DNA of 64,000 nucleotides, taken from NCBI GenBank assembly GCA_964518565.1, contig CAZFGX010000001.1:75046-139045 (forward strand). The letters are read 5' to 3'. The position numbers and the translations under genes were made by a program. The DNA is from an uncultured Gammaproteobacteria bacterium. GTDB lineage: Bacteria; Patescibacteriota; Microgenomatia; CAZETR01; Amesbacteraceae. Of the stretch, positions 20,283 to 29,837 are shown one piece after another. How positions within the stretch are numbered: position 1 is the first letter of the stretch; each line of letters starts with the position of its first letter. The notes beneath the pieces are model-generated. The model saw nothing but the letters and a program-made list of their open reading frames with translations, made no database searches and was not told the DNA's origin.

Positions 20283-22412
20283 ATGGCCAAAAGACGCTCG
20301 TCCTCTCATCAAAAATTTAAACTCAAACTAAAAAAGGGTACTGTCTATTCAATCGCTACATTAATTTCATTCGCAGCTGCCGGCTTAGTCGCTGTATCAT
20401 TCATCCGTCGTGGTTTGCTTCTTATGCGTGCAAATGAATTACTTACCACCTATATCGGTTTTATCCCCTCACTATTTTTACCGTTTCCTTTGGTAATTGG
20501 CGGGTTAATGATTAGTAAAATCAAAACCTCCCTTCGCGAACCACACGTCTTTGTTGGGAGCTTGATCATCTTATTGTCCCTAATTGGTTTGGTACACGAT
20601 GGCATAGTGGGTCAAGAGATTTGGAGTAATATTGCGGTATTCGTCTCCAGTGTTGGTGCTTTTTTATTATTACTGACCACTCTCGGCATCGGCATCTTAA
20701 TTATGTGCAATATTCCGTTCGAAGATGTCTTCAATGCCATATTTGCTACAGCCAAAAAAGCCGCCGAAGCCACCAGTAAAATGTCCGACAAAAAAAATCA
20801 ATTCGCCAAACCGCTAAAGACATCCAACACAGATCAGCCTACCGTTTCCAACAAGCCCTTTCAAATCAAAGGTCTTGGTCAAACAGACAAAAAACCCAAC
20901 GCCACTCCCGCAGCTGCTATGGCTCCACTAGTCCCTTCAAAACCCCAAGCAGCCAGTGACACTCCTTGGACCTATCCACCTTCGAATATCTTTACTGAAA
21001 ATATTTCTGGGAAAGCCGACCGGGGTAATGTGAATAACAACGCCGCTATTATTGAAAAAACTCTTGAAGCTTTTGGTATCACTGCCAAAGTCGTCGAAGT
21101 AAATCTTGGACCTGCCGTTACTCAATATGCCCTCGAAGTAGCCATCGGTACCAAGTTATCTAAAATCAGCTCATTAGGCAGTGATTTAGCTTTAGCTCTC
21201 GCAGCTCCCACTGGTCAAATTCGTATCGAAGCTCCTATTCCTGGTCGTTCATTGGTTGGTATAGAGCTACCAAACCGTGCCCCAGAATTTGTTAGTATCC
21301 GCAAAGTCTTAGAGTCTGATTCCCTCAAACACCATAAGAGTAAATTGGCAGTTGCCCTGGGCTTAGATGTTTCTGGAGAGCCGATTGTGGCTGACATTGC
21401 TCGCATGCCGCACGTCTTGATTGCAGGTAGTACAGGATCTGGAAAATCAGTCTGTATCAACGCCTTCCTTGCTTCATTGCTCTATCGCAATAGTCCTCAA
21501 GAATTAAATCTTATTTTAGTCGATCCTAAGCGTGTCGAATTGACCGGCTACAACAATATCCCTCATCTATTGACTCCAGTCATCGTCGAGCCAGACAAGG
21601 TGTTATCGGCATTAAAATGGGCCACAGTCGAAATGGATCGTCGCTACAAACTTTTTGCCGAAGTTGGTGTGCGCAATCTCGAAGGCTACAATGAGTTATC
21701 TGGGTTTCAAGCTCTACCATATATAGTCATTTTTATCGACGAGTTGGCCGATATTATGTTGTTTGCCCAGGTCGAAGTCGAAGATGCAATTACTCGCATT
21801 GCCCAGATGGCTCGTGCAACTGGGATTCATTTAGTACTCGCCACCCAACGTCCATCAGTAGATATTATTACTGGTTTAATCAAAGCCAATATTCCCACCC
21901 GTATCGCGTTTGCAGTTTCCTCCATGATCGACTCGAAAGTTATTTTAGATACTCCCGGAGCTGAAAAACTCTTAGGCAAGGGCGACATGTTATATATCCC
22001 ACCAGAGCAGGCCAAACCTACTCGTATCCAAGGAGCCTTCATTTCCGACAAAGAAATCAAAAACCTTATCGAATTTATCAAAAACCAAGGTGTTGCTCCT
22101 CATTACACAGAAGAAGTGTTGACCATGCCAGTAAACAGTAAACGTGGTGGCCGCGGAGCCGCCTTTATCGCTCCAAGCGGCGAAGACCGCGACGCTTTAT
22201 TTGAAGATGCGTTGCGGATGATTGTTCAGCATCAAAATGCTTCTGCGTCATTCTTGCAGCGCAAACTCAGTATCGGTTACGCTCGCGCCGCCCGCATTTT
22301 AGATGAACTGCAACAAGCCGGGGTAGTAGGCGCTGCCGATGGTGCCAAACCCCGAGAGATTCTTTTGGCTGACGCCGATAGCTTTTTTGCTCAACCCGCT
22401 GCCACCGAGTAA
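20283..22412 (+). CDS. ftsK: DNA translocase FtsK/SpoIIIE
   Basis: N-terminal TMs, GSTGSGKS, DELAD, LATQRPS, gamma domain LQRKLSIGYARAAR. Confidence 0.96.
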   Translation: MAKRRSSSHQKFKLKLKKGTVYSIATLISFAAAGLVAVSFIRRGLLLMRANELLTTYIGFIPSLFLPFPLVIGGLMISKIKTSLREPHVFVGSLIILLSLIGLVHDGIVGQEIWSNIAVFVSSVGAFLLLLTTLGIGILIMCNIPFEDVFNAIFATAKKAAEATSKMSDKKNQFAKPLKTSNTDQPTVSNKPFQIKGLGQTDKKPNATPAAAMAPLVPSKPQAASDTPWTYPPSNIFTENISGKADRGNVNNNAAIIEKTLEAFGITAKVVEVNLGPAVTQYALEVAIGTKLSKISSLGSDLALALAAPTGQIRIEAPIPGRSLVGIELPNRAPEFVSIRKVLESDSLKHHKSKLAVALGLDVSGEPIVADIARMPHVLIAGSTGSGKSVCINAFLASLLYRNSPQELNLILVDPKRVELTGYNNIPHLLTPVIVEPDKVLSALKWATVEMDRRYKLFAEVGVRNLEGYNELSGFQALPYIVIFIDELADIMLFAQVEVEDAITRIAQMARATGIHLVLATQRPSVDIITGLIKANIPTRIAFAVSSMIDSKVILDTPGAEKLLGKGDMLYIPPEQAKPTRIQGAFISDKEIKNLIEFIKNQGVAPHYTEEVLTMPVNSKRGGRGAAFIAPSGEDRDALFEDALRMIVQHQNASASFLQRKLSIGYARAARILDELQQAGVVGAADGAKPREILLADADSFFAQPAATE

Positions 22413-22444
22413 CCAGCTAGACGTACAGGGTAAAATACAAATTC

Positions 22445-23086
22445 ATGAAAACCGCTGGTCAAATTTTACAATCCACTCGCATCGCCAAAAAAATTGATAT
22501 TCAGGACGCTTCGCGTACCACCAAAATTCGCCCCCAATTTATTTCTCACATTGAGGCTGATGATTACAGTCAGTTGCCCAGTGGAGCCACCGCTCGGGGA
22601 TTTATCCGAAATTATAGTGAATTTTTAAATCTAAACCCCGAATATGTGTTGGCCGTCTTTCGCCGAGATTTTTTAGAAAATCAATCAGGCCAAATTGTTC
22701 CCCGCGGAGTTGCCGAGCCAGTCAGTCAGCCAAATGTTTGGACACCTAAAATGACTATTATTGCAGTTGTAGTTTTAGTATTTACTCTTCTGGCTGGCTA
22801 CTTAATCTATGAATACCGCATTTTGACAGGCCCACCAGAATTGATTGTTACCACCCCCAACGACCAAATCGAAACAACTACAGATTCCATCGAAGTATCT
22901 GGGAGTACAGATCCGCAAGCCACTATTGCTGTAAACGGTCAATTGATTGCCTTAGATAAAGGCGGCCTGTTTTCTGTCCGTATCCCACTTCAGGCAGGCG
23001 ACAACAAAATTGATATCGTTTCCACCGGCAAATCCGGACGTAGTACCACCCAAAGCCGCCATGTCAAGTTGACTCCTGGCCAATAA
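22445..23086 (+). CDS. RodZ-like HTH membrane protein with an Ig-like C-terminal domain
   Basis: N-terminal HTH (RGFIRNYSEFLNL), one TM, beta-rich C-terminus. Follows ftsK. Confidence 0.8.
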   Translation: MKTAGQILQSTRIAKKIDIQDASRTTKIRPQFISHIEADDYSQLPSGATARGFIRNYSEFLNLNPEYVLAVFRRDFLENQSGQIVPRGVAEPVSQPNVWTPKMTIIAVVVLVFTLLAGYLIYEYRILTGPPELIVTTPNDQIETTTDSIEVSGSTDPQATIAVNGQLIALDKGGLFSVRIPLQAGDNKIDIVSTGKSGRSTTQSRHVKLTPGQ

Positions 23087-23104
23087 ATCGGTAAAAATAC
23101 CCAT

Positions 23105-23449
23105 ATGTTATTACAAATATTACTCGGGGTCGTCATCCTCAGCATGACCGTAATCGTCGCCGCCGCAGGTATTCAGTTTTTCCTTATCCTTCATGATTTT
23201 CGTCAAACGGTCAAACGCTTAAATGCTATTTTGCAAAACACGCAAACACTTTCCGACGCCTCTGCCAAGCCTATAGCCGCCGTCAACGAATTTTTCACCG
23301 AAGTTAAAACTCTCGTCAATGAAACTCAAACTGAAATCATTCAAAGTACTCCCGATCGTGTCATTGAGCCTTCTTCCGGCTTACCATATCGCTCCAGTCG
23401 AGCCAGCCGTTTCTTCCGCCGCGCCGGCAATACCCTAAGAGCAAATTAG
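23105..23449 (+). CDS. Hypothetical membrane-anchored helical protein (DUF948-like)
   Basis: N-terminal TM followed by a helical region. Confidence 0.6.
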   Translation: MLLQILLGVVILSMTVIVAAAGIQFFLILHDFRQTVKRLNAILQNTQTLSDASAKPIAAVNEFFTEVKTLVNETQTEIIQSTPDRVIEPSSGLPYRSSRASRFFRRAGNTLRAN

Positions 23450-23474
23450 CAACAACTGAGGGTATAATACGCTC

Positions 23475-25316
23475 ATGCTTACGGCCAACCAACTTCGCCA
23501 AAAATACCTAGATTTTTTTGCCTCTCATGGTCACAAAATTATTCCTTCTAGTCCACTCGTCCCCGAAAACGATCCCACCACACTTTTTACCAGTTCTGGC
23601 ATGCAGCCACTTATTGGTAATCTATTAGGCCAACCTCACCCTTCTGGTACTCGTCTAGTCGACAGTCAAAAATGTTTTCGCTCCCAAGATATCGATGAAG
23701 TGGGGGACAACCGCCACACCACTTTTTTTGAAATGCTTGGTAATTGGTCTCTTGGTGATTATTTCAAGACAGAACAACTTTCCTGGTTCTTCGAATTTTT
23801 GACCAAAGAAATCGGTCTTGATCCAAATAAGCTTTATGTGACTGTATTTTCCGGTGATCCTGAAACGAGCATTTCCAAAGACGACGAATCTATTACTCTC
23901 TGGCAAAAACTCTTTTCAGATGCGGGTATTTCAGCTGATTACGTCGAATTAGATACCGAAAGCAATGGCTACAAAGTTGGTATGCAATCTGGCCGCATCT
24001 TTGGTTATGGTGTCAAAAAAAACTGGTGGAGTCGTTCCGGCGTCCCCTCAGCCATGCCTGCAGGTGAGCCAGGTGGACCTGACTCTGAAGTTTTTTATGA
24101 TTTTGGCACACCGCACGACACCAAGTGGGGGACGCATTGTCACCCCAACTGTGATTGCGGCCGCTTCCTAGAAATCGGCAACTCGGTGTTTATGCAGTTT
24201 CAAAAACAAGCCGACGGTTCATTAAAAGAACTACCTCAAAAAAATGTCGATTTTGGCGGCGGTTTTTCTCGTCTTCTCGCCGCGATAAATAGCAATGGCG
24301 ATATCTTCACCACAGATTTATATTCACCCCTCATTTCTGAAATCGAAAATCAGACCAATAACTCTTACGCCTCCCAACCAGCTGCAATGCGCATCATTGC
24401 CGATCATATGACTGCCAGTGTTTTTCTCATTGCCGACGGTGTAATTCCCTCAAACAAAACCCAAGGCTATTTTTTGCGCCGTCTTATTCGCCGAGCTATG
24501 GTCAAAATGCAGCTACTCAAAGGCGATATCACCAAAACTGTCGATGACACATTTTATGAGCAAGTGATTCATAAAATTATCGCCATCTATAAAGACCAAT
24601 ATTTCAGCAAAATCGATACTTCCGGTATTTTAGAAGTCTTAACTGCTGAAAAAAATAAATTTGCCAAGTCGTTACAAACCGGCTTAAAACAAATAGATTC
24701 CACCTCACCCTTTGATTTATTTCAAACCTATGGTTTCCCTGTTGAAGTGACCGAAGAGTTATATGCCCAACAAGGCAAGACCGTAAATCGAGAAGAATTT
24801 GATCAACAATTAAAATCTCATCAAGACCTCTCTCGTACTGCTTCAAAAGGGATGTTCAAAGGTGGCTTAGAAGATCACTCGGATACAACCACTAAATACC
24901 ACACAGCCACCCATTTACTTCATGCCGCCCTCCGTCAAATCTTAGGTAACCATGTTTCTCAAAAAGGCAGCAATATCACCTCCGAACGCCTACGTTTCGA
25001 TTTTTCTCACCCAGAAAAATTGACCGATGGTCAAATGCGTCAAATTGAAGATCTGATCAACCAAAAAATCTCCGAAAATATCCCCGTCACTCGTATCGAA
25101 ATGAAAAAGTCCGACGCCATTGCCCAAGGTGCCATGGCCTTTTTCCCCGAGAAGTATCCAGACATCACAAGCGTGTATACTATTGGTACATTCTCAAAAG
25201 AATTATGTGGTGGTCCACATGTCAACTCGACCGGGGACATTGGTCGTATTAAAATTACCAAACAAGAATCCGTCAGTAGTGGCGTACGCAGGCTCTATGC
25301 CCAACTGACCAGTTAA
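23475..25316 (+). CDS. alaS: Alanine--tRNA ligase (short form without C-Ala)
   Basis: DPTTLFTSSGMQ, HTTFFEMLGNWS, editing motifs HTATHLLH and ELCGGPH. Confidence 0.96.
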   Translation: MLTANQLRQKYLDFFASHGHKIIPSSPLVPENDPTTLFTSSGMQPLIGNLLGQPHPSGTRLVDSQKCFRSQDIDEVGDNRHTTFFEMLGNWSLGDYFKTEQLSWFFEFLTKEIGLDPNKLYVTVFSGDPETSISKDDESITLWQKLFSDAGISADYVELDTESNGYKVGMQSGRIFGYGVKKNWWSRSGVPSAMPAGEPGGPDSEVFYDFGTPHDTKWGTHCHPNCDCGRFLEIGNSVFMQFQKQADGSLKELPQKNVDFGGGFSRLLAAINSNGDIFTTDLYSPLISEIENQTNNSYASQPAAMRIIADHMTASVFLIADGVIPSNKTQGYFLRRLIRRAMVKMQLLKGDITKTVDDTFYEQVIHKIIAIYKDQYFSKIDTSGILEVLTAEKNKFAKSLQTGLKQIDSTSPFDLFQTYGFPVEVTEELYAQQGKTVNREEFDQQLKSHQDLSRTASKGMFKGGLEDHSDTTTKYHTATHLLHAALRQILGNHVSQKGSNITSERLRFDFSHPEKLTDGQMRQIEDLINQKISENIPVTRIEMKKSDAIAQGAMAFFPEKYPDITSVYTIGTFSKELCGGPHVNSTGDIGRIKITKQESVSSGVRRLYAQLTS

Positions 25317-25321
25317 TAACT

Positions 25322-27475
25322 ATGAATCTGCCTTTTCTCAAAAAGAAATCCCCATCCAACACTCCAATAAAGCGTGATTATTTTCTTGCTATTGAAGTAG
25401 CCGACACCGTCGTTACATGTGCCTGTTGGACATTGGTGAACAATCAGCCCCAAGTCTTAACTATTGGCAAAACTACTTCTTGGAATATTCAAAAAGACGA
25501 TAGCCTCATCACTGCCTGTGACACGAGTATTTCTGATGCAGTAGCCCAATTGGATCCTACTGGCCAAATCGAACCCCAAAAAACCGTCCTTGGCATTCCA
25601 CCTCACTGGATCGAAAACGACAAACTCTCCCCAGAGAAAGGCCGTCTCCTTAAAGCCATGACCCAAAAACTCTCATTAGAAGCCTTAGGCTTTGTCGTGA
25701 CCCCAGAAGCCGTTGCCCGCTATTTGCAGGTGAGTGAGAGCGTCGCCCCTACCGCAATAATTTTGGGCTTCTCTTCTACTGACGTCAGTGTTGCACTGGC
25801 TCGCCTAGGCAAGTTAGAAGGGCTTCAAACAGTGGTTCGTAGTGATTCAGCATCCGCAGATGTTGCAGAAGGGTTGAGCCGTTTTGAACAAAAAGATGTA
25901 TTACCTTCGCGTATGGTCGTGTATGGATCCGTTCCAAATATCGAAGATATTAAACAGCAACTTCTAGCCCACCCTTGGCAGACTCCTCACGCCGTTCTGA
26001 AGTTTTTACATTTCCCCAAAATTGAAGTTCTACCAGCAAATTTTTCACTCCATGCTCTAGCTATCGCCAGTGGTTCAGAAATGACCAGCCATCTCGGGTC
26101 TGATGTACAGACAAAAGATGTCCAACCTGAACAGTACCCAGTAATATCAGAAAATGAACTAGACGATGATTACGAGCCAGACACTCAACCCGAGCCGGTT
26201 ACTCCTCAACCTGTTCCTGTTATTTTGCCACAAGCATTAGGTTTTGTTCTTCAAGACAGAGTCGAAGAAGCCGAACCGGTTAAAAAATCCTTTTCGCGAC
26301 CTTCATTGCCAAAAATCAAAATTCCTGCTGGTGGAGCAATTGCCATTACCGCAATCGTTGTTCTGGTTGGTGCGGCCGCCCTTACTGCCGCATACTGGTA
26401 TCTACCTAAAGCTACGGTGACCATTAGAGTGAGTCCTAAAACAGTAGATCAGGCATTTGATGTCACGACAAATACCGAAATTTCTTCTATAGACCAAGAC
26501 AACAAAAAAATCCCTGCGACCAAAATCGAAGCAACAGTATCTGAAGAAAAAACCGCTCCAGCTACTGGTACCAAACTCATAGGGGATAAGGCGACTGGTA
26601 AGGTAAAATTGATTAGTGGTCTAGATCAAGCCAAAACCATCCCAGCAGGCACTGTAATAGTTGCCTCCAACGGTCTCAAATTCACGCTAGATTCAGATGT
26701 AAAAGTTGCTTCCGCGTCAGGATCGCCTTTAGATAAAAACGAGTTTAAGCCTGGAGAAGCGACAGCTAGTGTAACCGCCGGACAAATAGGTATTGAAAGC
26801 AACCTAACAGCGGGGAATCAATTTAAAGTGGGCAATTTTGGCACCGCCATGGTCATAGCCAAAAACGAAGAAGCCTTCTCCGGTGGCAACAGTCGTCAAG
26901 CCAAAGTAGTCTCAAAAGACGATATTGCCAAACTTCGGGCAGATCTCTTGTCTAGTCTGAAAGACCAGTCAAAAACTCAACTGAATCAAAAAGTTTCTTC
27001 AGATCAAGTTTTATTGCCTGAAACTATGGAAACCAAAACTGTCTCCGAAGACATAAATCATAAAGCCGATGAAATTGCCGAATCTGTTACAGTAAAACTG
27101 TCTGTTCGCTCTTCAGCCTTGTCATATAACCAGACGGATATCAGTAGTCTAGCCTCTACCGAAGTGCTCAAACAATTGCCAGAAAAATACACTCCTTCTA
27201 CTACTCTTTCTCCTCAAATTGCTCTCAAAAGTCAAGATAAATCCGGCAGCGTTTTAGGTATTCATATCGAAGCTACTGCAGTTCCCACCTTAGACCAAGA
27301 TGCAATAAAAGCCGATATTACTGGAAAATCAGTTTCAGATGCAACGACATATATCACCAGTCTTCCAGGTGTATCCAGTGCTGATATAACCTTTTCTCCG
27401 CCCTTGCCTAAACTACTTCGCCTCTTGCCGCATAGTAGTAAAAACATCACCGTTTCCATAAACTCAGAGCAATGA
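25322..27475 (+). CDS. Membrane protein with a degenerate FtsA/PilM-like N-terminus, a single TM and a baseplate-J-like C-terminal region
   Basis: TM at about aa 337-361. C-terminal pattern ATGKVKL...IPAGT...FTLDSDV...VTAGQIG.ESN...NEEAFSGG...VVS..DI resembles baseplate J-like domains. Confidence 0.6.
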   Translation: MNLPFLKKKSPSNTPIKRDYFLAIEVADTVVTCACWTLVNNQPQVLTIGKTTSWNIQKDDSLITACDTSISDAVAQLDPTGQIEPQKTVLGIPPHWIENDKLSPEKGRLLKAMTQKLSLEALGFVVTPEAVARYLQVSESVAPTAIILGFSSTDVSVALARLGKLEGLQTVVRSDSASADVAEGLSRFEQKDVLPSRMVVYGSVPNIEDIKQQLLAHPWQTPHAVLKFLHFPKIEVLPANFSLHALAIASGSEMTSHLGSDVQTKDVQPEQYPVISENELDDDYEPDTQPEPVTPQPVPVILPQALGFVLQDRVEEAEPVKKSFSRPSLPKIKIPAGGAIAITAIVVLVGAAALTAAYWYLPKATVTIRVSPKTVDQAFDVTTNTEISSIDQDNKKIPATKIEATVSEEKTAPATGTKLIGDKATGKVKLISGLDQAKTIPAGTVIVASNGLKFTLDSDVKVASASGSPLDKNEFKPGEATASVTAGQIGIESNLTAGNQFKVGNFGTAMVIAKNEEAFSGGNSRQAKVVSKDDIAKLRADLLSSLKDQSKTQLNQKVSSDQVLLPETMETKTVSEDINHKADEIAESVTVKLSVRSSALSYNQTDISSLASTEVLKQLPEKYTPSTTLSPQIALKSQDKSGSVLGIHIEATAVPTLDQDAIKADITGKSVSDATTYITSLPGVSSADITFSPPLPKLLRLLPHSSKNITVSINSEQ

Positions 27476-28155
27476 CCGTCAAAAAACTCGCGCCCATTAT
27501 CGTCATGTCCTTAGGTGTCCTCACGTTGGCTGCCGTGATTGTTCCTTTGAGTATTTCAGTTGTCAAAGCCAGCTTATTTACCACCCCAGTCTTGATCGAT
27601 CCGACAAATGTCTCATCCGCTCAAACGCCAGTGGTAATAAACGATTTAGGAATCACTACCACCATCGACTACGCCAGTCCAAATGCCTGGTTTGATACTC
27701 CACAAACCAGTTTAGTCGAAGACAATGCTCCGATTTCTAGTGGTGTCCAATACTATACTATTTCCATTCCGCGTCTAAATCTAGAAAATGTTCCCATTGA
27801 AATAAATGGTACTGACCTCAAAAAAAATGCTATCCACTTTCCTCACACTGCCTTACCTGGCACTCCGGGTAATGCCGTCATTTTTGGCCACTCAGCTCTC
27901 CCGCAGTTTTATCAAAAGGGTAACCCACTAACAATTTTCAATGCGCTTCCAGATGCCAGAGTAGGGGATGAAATAATTGTGAAATATGATGGTATCACCT
28001 ACCGCTATCAAGTAAAAAAAACCCAAGAAGTGACTCCGAGTCAGATAGATGTTATTTCTCAGCGGTACGACAAGCACGAAATGACGCTCGTGACGTGTGT
28101 GCCACTTGGTACCTATTGGCATCGCTTTGTTGCCACAGCCGAGCTGGTAAACTAA
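27472..28155 (+). CDS. Sortase
   Basis: N-terminal TM, GNAVIFGHS, TLVTC and a downstream Arg (His-Cys-Arg triad). Confidence 0.9.
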   Translation: MTVKKLAPIIVMSLGVLTLAAVIVPLSISVVKASLFTTPVLIDPTNVSSAQTPVVINDLGITTTIDYASPNAWFDTPQTSLVEDNAPISSGVQYYTISIPRLNLENVPIEINGTDLKKNAIHFPHTALPGTPGNAVIFGHSALPQFYQKGNPLTIFNALPDARVGDEIIVKYDGITYRYQVKKTQEVTPSQIDVISQRYDKHEMTLVTCVPLGTYWHRFVATAELVN

Positions 28156-28535
28156 TGCCTATGAATTATTTAGGCATTGATTATGGACAAAAACATCTGG
28201 GACTTGCTCTTGCCATGAGTCCCATTGCCGAGCCATTAGACAGTCTTGAACCGTCCATGGCTCAACAAAAAATCTCACAGCTCGTCAAAAAATATAACAT
28301 TCAAAAAATAATTATTGGCTTACCCGACGAAAATCAACGCGAGTCAATCCAACAATTCTTTTCTTCATTAGATCTCGAATGCCAATTAGTTCTGGTAGAC
28401 GAAACACTATCGTCTCACGACGCTCGTCATGCTCTACTTCATACTTCTCAAACGAGTCGTCAAAAAAAAGAACATAGTGTCGCAGCAGCCATAATTTTAC
28501 AATCATATATAGATAACCTGTCGGTTGATTTTTAA
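28155..28535 (+). CDS. ruvX: RuvX/YqgF family nuclease
   Basis: YLGIDYGQKHLGLA, IIIGLP, VDETLSS, AAAIILQSY. Start at ATG 28155 or 28161. Confidence 0.85.
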   Translation: MPMNYLGIDYGQKHLGLALAMSPIAEPLDSLEPSMAQQKISQLVKKYNIQKIIIGLPDENQRESIQQFFSSLDLECQLVLVDETLSSHDARHALLHTSQTSRQKKEHSVAAAIILQSYIDNLSVDF

Positions 28536-28561
28536 AACCAAAAACGGTACAGTACACCCAC

Positions 28562-28762
28562 ATGTTCAAAAACGTAATCGCTCCTGTTCAAGCCTGGTTA
28601 CTGTCTCAAGGTCGATGTGTTGGCTGTGGTACTGAACTTACGACTGGCAAAACCGAAAAATCCTCTAAGGGTGAAAAAGTCACCTGTCAAAAATGTGGCC
28701 GCATTTTTATGAAAGAAGCCGGTACCGGCAAATATCGTCGAGCCCTGTTTACCGAAGTGTAG
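28562..28762 (+). CDS. Small zinc-ribbon protein
   Basis: CVGC...CQKC in 66 aa. TACAGT -10-like box 8 nt upstream. Confidence 0.75.
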   Translation: MFKNVIAPVQAWLLSQGRCVGCGTELTTGKTEKSSKGEKVTCQKCGRIFMKEAGTGKYRRALFTEV

Positions 28763-28763
28763 T

Positions 28764-29735
28764 GTGATAAAAAAACTTCTCATTGTTGGCCTGATAGTAA
28801 TAATTCTTACAGCGCTTCTTACTGTAGTAGTTGGGTTTTTTTGGTACCAAAAAAATATCAGTCCACGTTCACTTGTTAGTCAAAAAGTTGCAATCAGTAT
28901 CAAAGAAAATCAAACCACCCAATCCGTACTGGCCGAACTTGAATCCAAGCAAATCATTCGTTCACAAACAGCAGCTCGAATATATTTACGACTGCATGCA
29001 GCTCCATCAATTCGCCCAGGTAATTATTTGGTCTCAGCAGATCAATCCTTGCCTCAAATCCTTACCACATTATCTACTCAGCCAAAAGATATTCGTCTTA
29101 CCTTCCCCGAAGGCTGGCGTAAAGAACAGTTTGCCTCTCGCCTAGAGCAGTCATACGCCACACTCACAAATTCTCGTTTCATTATGAGTGAATTTTTAGC
29201 CAATGTGCAAACAAAAGAAGGCCAGCTCTTCCCAGATACATACTTATTGCCTGCTGATGCGACAGCTGAACAAATCGTAAATATACTTACCAACAACTTC
29301 ATCAAAAAAACTGGCCTGACAATGAGCGGCCCCGAAGACGAAAAAATTCTGATTATCGCTTCTCTCATCGAGCGAGAATCGCGCAATGCCAGTGAGCGTC
29401 CTATTATTAGTGGTATTATCCAAAACCGTCTGAACCAGGGCTGGTTGTTAAATATCGACGCAACCATCCAATATGCCAGAGACTCAGTCGGAAAAGTCGA
29501 AAAATATTGGCTTCCAGTCACAGACACCACTTTTCCGTCTGCTTACAATACATATATCCATTTAGGCCTACCTCCTGGTCCAATTGCTAGTCCAGGATTA
29601 GATGCAATCGAGGCCGCCAGACACCCTGAAGCCACTGACTACATGTTCTACCTTCATGACGCTCAGGGCGAAGTTCACTATGCCAAAACCCTGCCTCAGC
29701 ATAATCTGAATGTTGACAAGTACCTCAAACCCTGA
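28764..29735 (+). CDS. mltG: Endolytic transglycosylase MltG
   Basis: TFPEGWR, EGQLFPDTY, ASLIERE, YNTY...GLPPGPIASPG. Confidence 0.93.
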   Translation: MIKKLLIVGLIVIILTALLTVVVGFFWYQKNISPRSLVSQKVAISIKENQTTQSVLAELESKQIIRSQTAARIYLRLHAAPSIRPGNYLVSADQSLPQILTTLSTQPKDIRLTFPEGWRKEQFASRLEQSYATLTNSRFIMSEFLANVQTKEGQLFPDTYLLPADATAEQIVNILTNNFIKKTGLTMSGPEDEKILIIASLIERESRNASERPIISGIIQNRLNQGWLLNIDATIQYARDSVGKVEKYWLPVTDTTFPSAYNTYIHLGLPPGPIASPGLDAIEAARHPEATDYMFYLHDAQGEVHYAKTLPQHNLNVDKYLKP

Positions 29736-29837
29736 TATAAGCAATATCATTGTGAAGGCAGTGGTGATCGTTACCCTGTCTTTTTGCGCGAGAGAAGCGC
29801 ATTTTTGTTTTCTCCCTGCCAAACAACCGCATATATA
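29713..29837 (+). promoter_or_regulatory. rpoB promoter and leader with two hairpin+U tracts (possible attenuator)
   Basis: TTGACA-17 nt-TATAAG. Hairpins at 29755-29782 and 29785-29801 are each followed by T runs. Confidence 0.5.

Noticed and set aside
25322-27475. Prophage or contractile injection system suggested by the baseplate-J-like region
   Set aside because: No sheath, tube, spike, terminase or integrase nearby, and the gene is membrane-anchored among housekeeping genes.
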